Of a stretch of 47,610 nucleotides of DNA, positions 45,249-47,610 are shown piece by piece (the first letter of the stretch is position 1; the number at the start of each line of letters is the position of its first letter). The notes under the pieces are model-generated. The model saw nothing but the letters and a program-made list of their open reading frames with translations, was not told the origin of the DNA and did not search any database. Origin of the DNA: Alphaproteobacteria bacterium (lineage in GTDB: Bacteria; Pseudomonadota; Alphaproteobacteria; Rs-D84; SZUA-605). The position numbers and the translations under genes were made by a program. The stretch lies in contig QKJL01000031.1 in the NCBI GenBank assembly GCA_003250835.1, positions 1-47,610 on the forward strand. The letters run 5' to 3'.

Positions 45249-46372
45249 TATTTAACTTCCTTTTCTTGTGTACGTACTGCTTCGCCTGTTTTTACGTATT
45301 CTTGTCCTGTTGTAATTACCGTTGCATTTTCAGGTAATCCAGCGATCCAAAAACCATCTTTATCTTCACGGATGATTGTTACTTCGTAAAATTGTACGAT
45401 CCCGTCTTCTACTGTTTTAATTCCGATTGTTCCAACTTCATTTAATGTCAGGGCTGATAGAGTTGAAATTTTATGTGCTTTTTGAGTATCAAGCGGTAAT
45501 GTGATTTCAACTGTTAATCCTTCTGCGATTTTATTGTTAGGATTTTCACTTTCTAATTCAATATTAAATGTACGTGTTGCTGATTCAGCACTTGATGATA
45601 CGTATGTTAGTTTTGAATCAAATTTTTGACCTGATAATAATTTTGTTGTTGCGATGCGACCTTTTTGTACACGTCCGATATAACGTTCTGGAATGTCGGC
45701 TTTGATTTTAATAGGATTTAAGCTGATTAATGTTCCGATTTGTGTGTTTTTTCCAACGTAGTCACCGATTTCAACTGTACGTTTGTCAAAGATCCCATCA
45801 AATGGTGCTGTGATTTTTGTATAGTTGATATCTTTTTGAACTGCTTCAAGATTTGACTTTGCTGCTTTTAAGCCTGCTTCAGCTTGGATGAGGGCTGCCT
45901 CTGAATCGAAGTTTTGTTTTACAAGTGTTTTTGTTGTTTTGTAAATTAATTTGCTTTCTTCAATTTGTGCTTTGGCTGCGTTTAATTTCGCCATACGGTC
46001 ATCCATTGATAATTCAATTAAAACATCATCTGTTTTTACCAATTGTCCTTTATGAGCAATTGTACTTTTTACAGTTCCGTCTGTTCTTGATTTTACTGGG
46101 ATTTTTTTATTGGATGCTGTTTGTCCGAATACTTTAATTTCAGCCACAATGTCTTGGGCTTCTAAGTGTTCTACTTCTACTAATGTTTTTTTATCTTTTA
46201 CTTCAATTATTTCTGTTTGAGTTTGTGTTTCAGTTTCCTTTTTATTCTTTCCATTTTTATTTGATAAAAGGATTAATGCGATTATTAATACTACAATTGC
46301 AATGAGGATTTTTTTATTTTTTTTGAACCATTTTCCGTTTGATTTGCGTGAGATTGTTTTTTTTTCTGTCAT
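45248..46372 (-). CDS. RND efflux periplasmic adaptor (membrane fusion protein, AcrA/HlyD-like)
   Basis: It has an N-terminal anchor KILIAIVVLIIALILL, a coiled-coil hairpin (AKLNAAKAQIEESKLIY...EAGLKAAKSNLEAVQKDI), and lipoyl/beta-barrel-like segments. Its stop overlaps the pump ATG (TAATG). Confidence 0.85.
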   Translation of the reverse strand: MTEKKTISRKSNGKWFKKNKKILIAIVVLIIALILLSNKNGKNKKETETQTQTEIIEVKDKKTLVEVEHLEAQDIVAEIKVFGQTASNKKIPVKSRTDGTVKSTIAHKGQLVKTDDVLIELSMDDRMAKLNAAKAQIEESKLIYKTTKTLVKQNFDSEAALIQAEAGLKAAKSNLEAVQKDINYTKITAPFDGIFDKRTVEIGDYVGKNTQIGTLISLNPIKIKADIPERYIGRVQKGRIATTKLLSGQKFDSKLTYVSSSAESATRTFNIELESENPNNKIAEGLTVEITLPLDTQKAHKISTLSALTLNEVGTIGIKTVEDGIVQFYEVTIIREDKDGFWIAGLPENATVITTGQEYVKTGEAVRTQEKEVK

Positions 46373-46488
46373 TTAAATACCTTTTTACTTGCGAAATTCT
46401 CTCTGTGCTTTTATTCTAGTCTTATTGATATATAAATCAAGGCTTATCTTAAGAAAAATGCGTATTTAAGTGTAAAAGGAGTTATTCG

Positions 46489-47610
46489 ATGTCAGATGCT
46501 GGATCGAACGGGGGCTATCCGTTTTCGAAAATTGAACAAAAGTGGCAGAAGTTTTGGGACGATCAAGAAACTTTTAAAACAGTGGAAGATCTTTCAAAGG
46601 AAAAATATTATACATTGGTAGAATTTCCATTCCCATCTGGTCAAGGGCTGCATATTGGGCACCCACGTTCATATACTGCATTTGATACTGTTGCGCGTAA
46701 AAAACGTATGGAAGGAAAGAATGTTTTATTCCCAATGGGTTTTGATTCATTTGGTATGCAAGCAGAGCAATATGCAATTAAGACTGGGCAACATCCGAAA
46801 GATACTACTAATCAAAATATTGAAACATATATTGGTCAATTGAAACGTCTTGGGCTTTCATTTGATTGGTCACGTTGTGTGTCGACTTCTGATCCTGAGT
46901 ATTATAAATGGACTCAATGGATGTTTATTCAATTCTTTAAAAAGGGAATGGCGTATAAAGCGACTGATACCATTAATTGGTGTCCTGCATGTAAATTGGC
47001 TTTGACGAATGAAGAATTGGAAAAAGGTAAATGTGAACGTTGCGGTGGTGATGTAATTCAAAAAGAAAAATCTCAATGGACGTTAAAGATGCAATCTTAT
47101 TCTGAACAATTGTTAGAAGGTTTGGATCATGTAGATTACACAGATAATATTAAAGCTCAACAACGTAATTGGATTGGAAAATCAGTTGGAGCTGAAGTTG
47201 ATTTTAAAGTTCCTGCAACAGATGATACTTTGACAGTGTTTACAACTCGTCCGGATACTATTTTTGGGGCAACGTTTATGGTGATTGCACCTGAACATCC
47301 TTTGGCAAGTTCAGATAAGGTTTCAAATAATATTGATGTAAAAGCTTATCAAGATGCTTCGAATAAAAAGACAGAAATGGAACGCTTGGAAAATAAAGTT
47401 AAAACAGGTGTGAAACTGGATGGTATTAATGCTGTTAATCCGTTTACAGGTAAAGAAATTCCTGTGTTTATTTCAGATTATGTGATGATGGGATATGGAA
47501 CGGGTGCGATTATGGCGGTTCCAGCACATGATCAACGTGATTATGATTTTGCAAAGAAGTTTGATTGTGACATTATTCCAGTACTTGAAGGTGGAGATGT
47601 AAGTGTTGAA
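46489..47610 (+). CDS. leuS: Leucyl-tRNA synthetase, 3'-truncated by the window edge (374 codons visible)
   Basis: It is absent from the ORF track because it has no stop in the window. The ATG at 46489 has an aaagga SD. Motifs seen are FPFPSGQGLHIGHPRSY (HIGH), NWCPACKLALTNEE..KCERCG, QRNWIGKS, VFTTRPDTIFGATFMVIAPEHP and AVPAHDQRDYDFAKKF. Confidence 0.93.
   Translation, partial: MSDAGSNGGYPFSKIEQKWQKFWDDQETFKTVEDLSKEKYYTLVEFPFPSGQGLHIGHPRSYTAFDTVARKKRMEGKNVLFPMGFDSFGMQAEQYAIKTGQHPKDTTNQNIETYIGQLKRLGLSFDWSRCVSTSDPEYYKWTQWMFIQFFKKGMAYKATDTINWCPACKLALTNEELEKGKCERCGGDVIQKEKSQWTLKMQSYSEQLLEGLDHVDYTDNIKAQQRNWIGKSVGAEVDFKVPATDDTLTVFTTRPDTIFGATFMVIAPEHPLASSDKVSNNIDVKAYQDASNKKTEMERLENKVKTGVKLDGINAVNPFTGKEIPVFISDYVMMGYGTGAIMAVPAHDQRDYDFAKKFDCDIIPVLEGGDVSVE

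Overview
This is 47.6 kb of AT-rich (about one-third G+C by eye), gene-dense Gram-negative chromosomal DNA. Transcription units are separated by clean sigma70-like promoters (TTGACA-16/17-TATAAT-like) and hairpin plus T-run terminators. Marker genes (CcrM-type GANTC methyltransferase, ParC, RecO, RsmA, XseB, KdsA, Ctc-type L25, S20, LysS, ArgS, LeuS, an OmpR/EnvZ-like pair) suggest an alphaproteobacterium with a reduced, AT-biased genome; this is inference, as no rRNA is present to confirm it. Layout in order: a 5'-truncated giant (>3000 aa) modular autotransporter (2-9013); a 630-bp RNA-rich intergenic island with a candidate sRNA and tRNA-Cys; ccrM; an ndk-xseB-orf-rsmA operon; three tandem large prepilin/PilV-like genes packed against recO (13506-18479); parC; an orphan ORF broken by an in-frame TAA; radC; tRNA-Glu; an OM beta-barrel protein; an orphan TolQ/MotA-like plus MotB/OmpA-like coiled-coil stator pair (24301-26520) divergent from a secreted Cys-containing protein; an ompR/envZ-like pair; an SSS transporter; kdsA; lysS; rpsT-rplY; pfk; an M16C protease; argS preceded by an Arg-rich mini-ORF; an RND efflux operon whose pump gene carries a 1-nt frameshift; and a 3'-truncated leuS. 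I saw no transposases, integrases, CRISPR arrays or rRNA. The best candidates for something new are the PilV-like trio and the stator-like pair.
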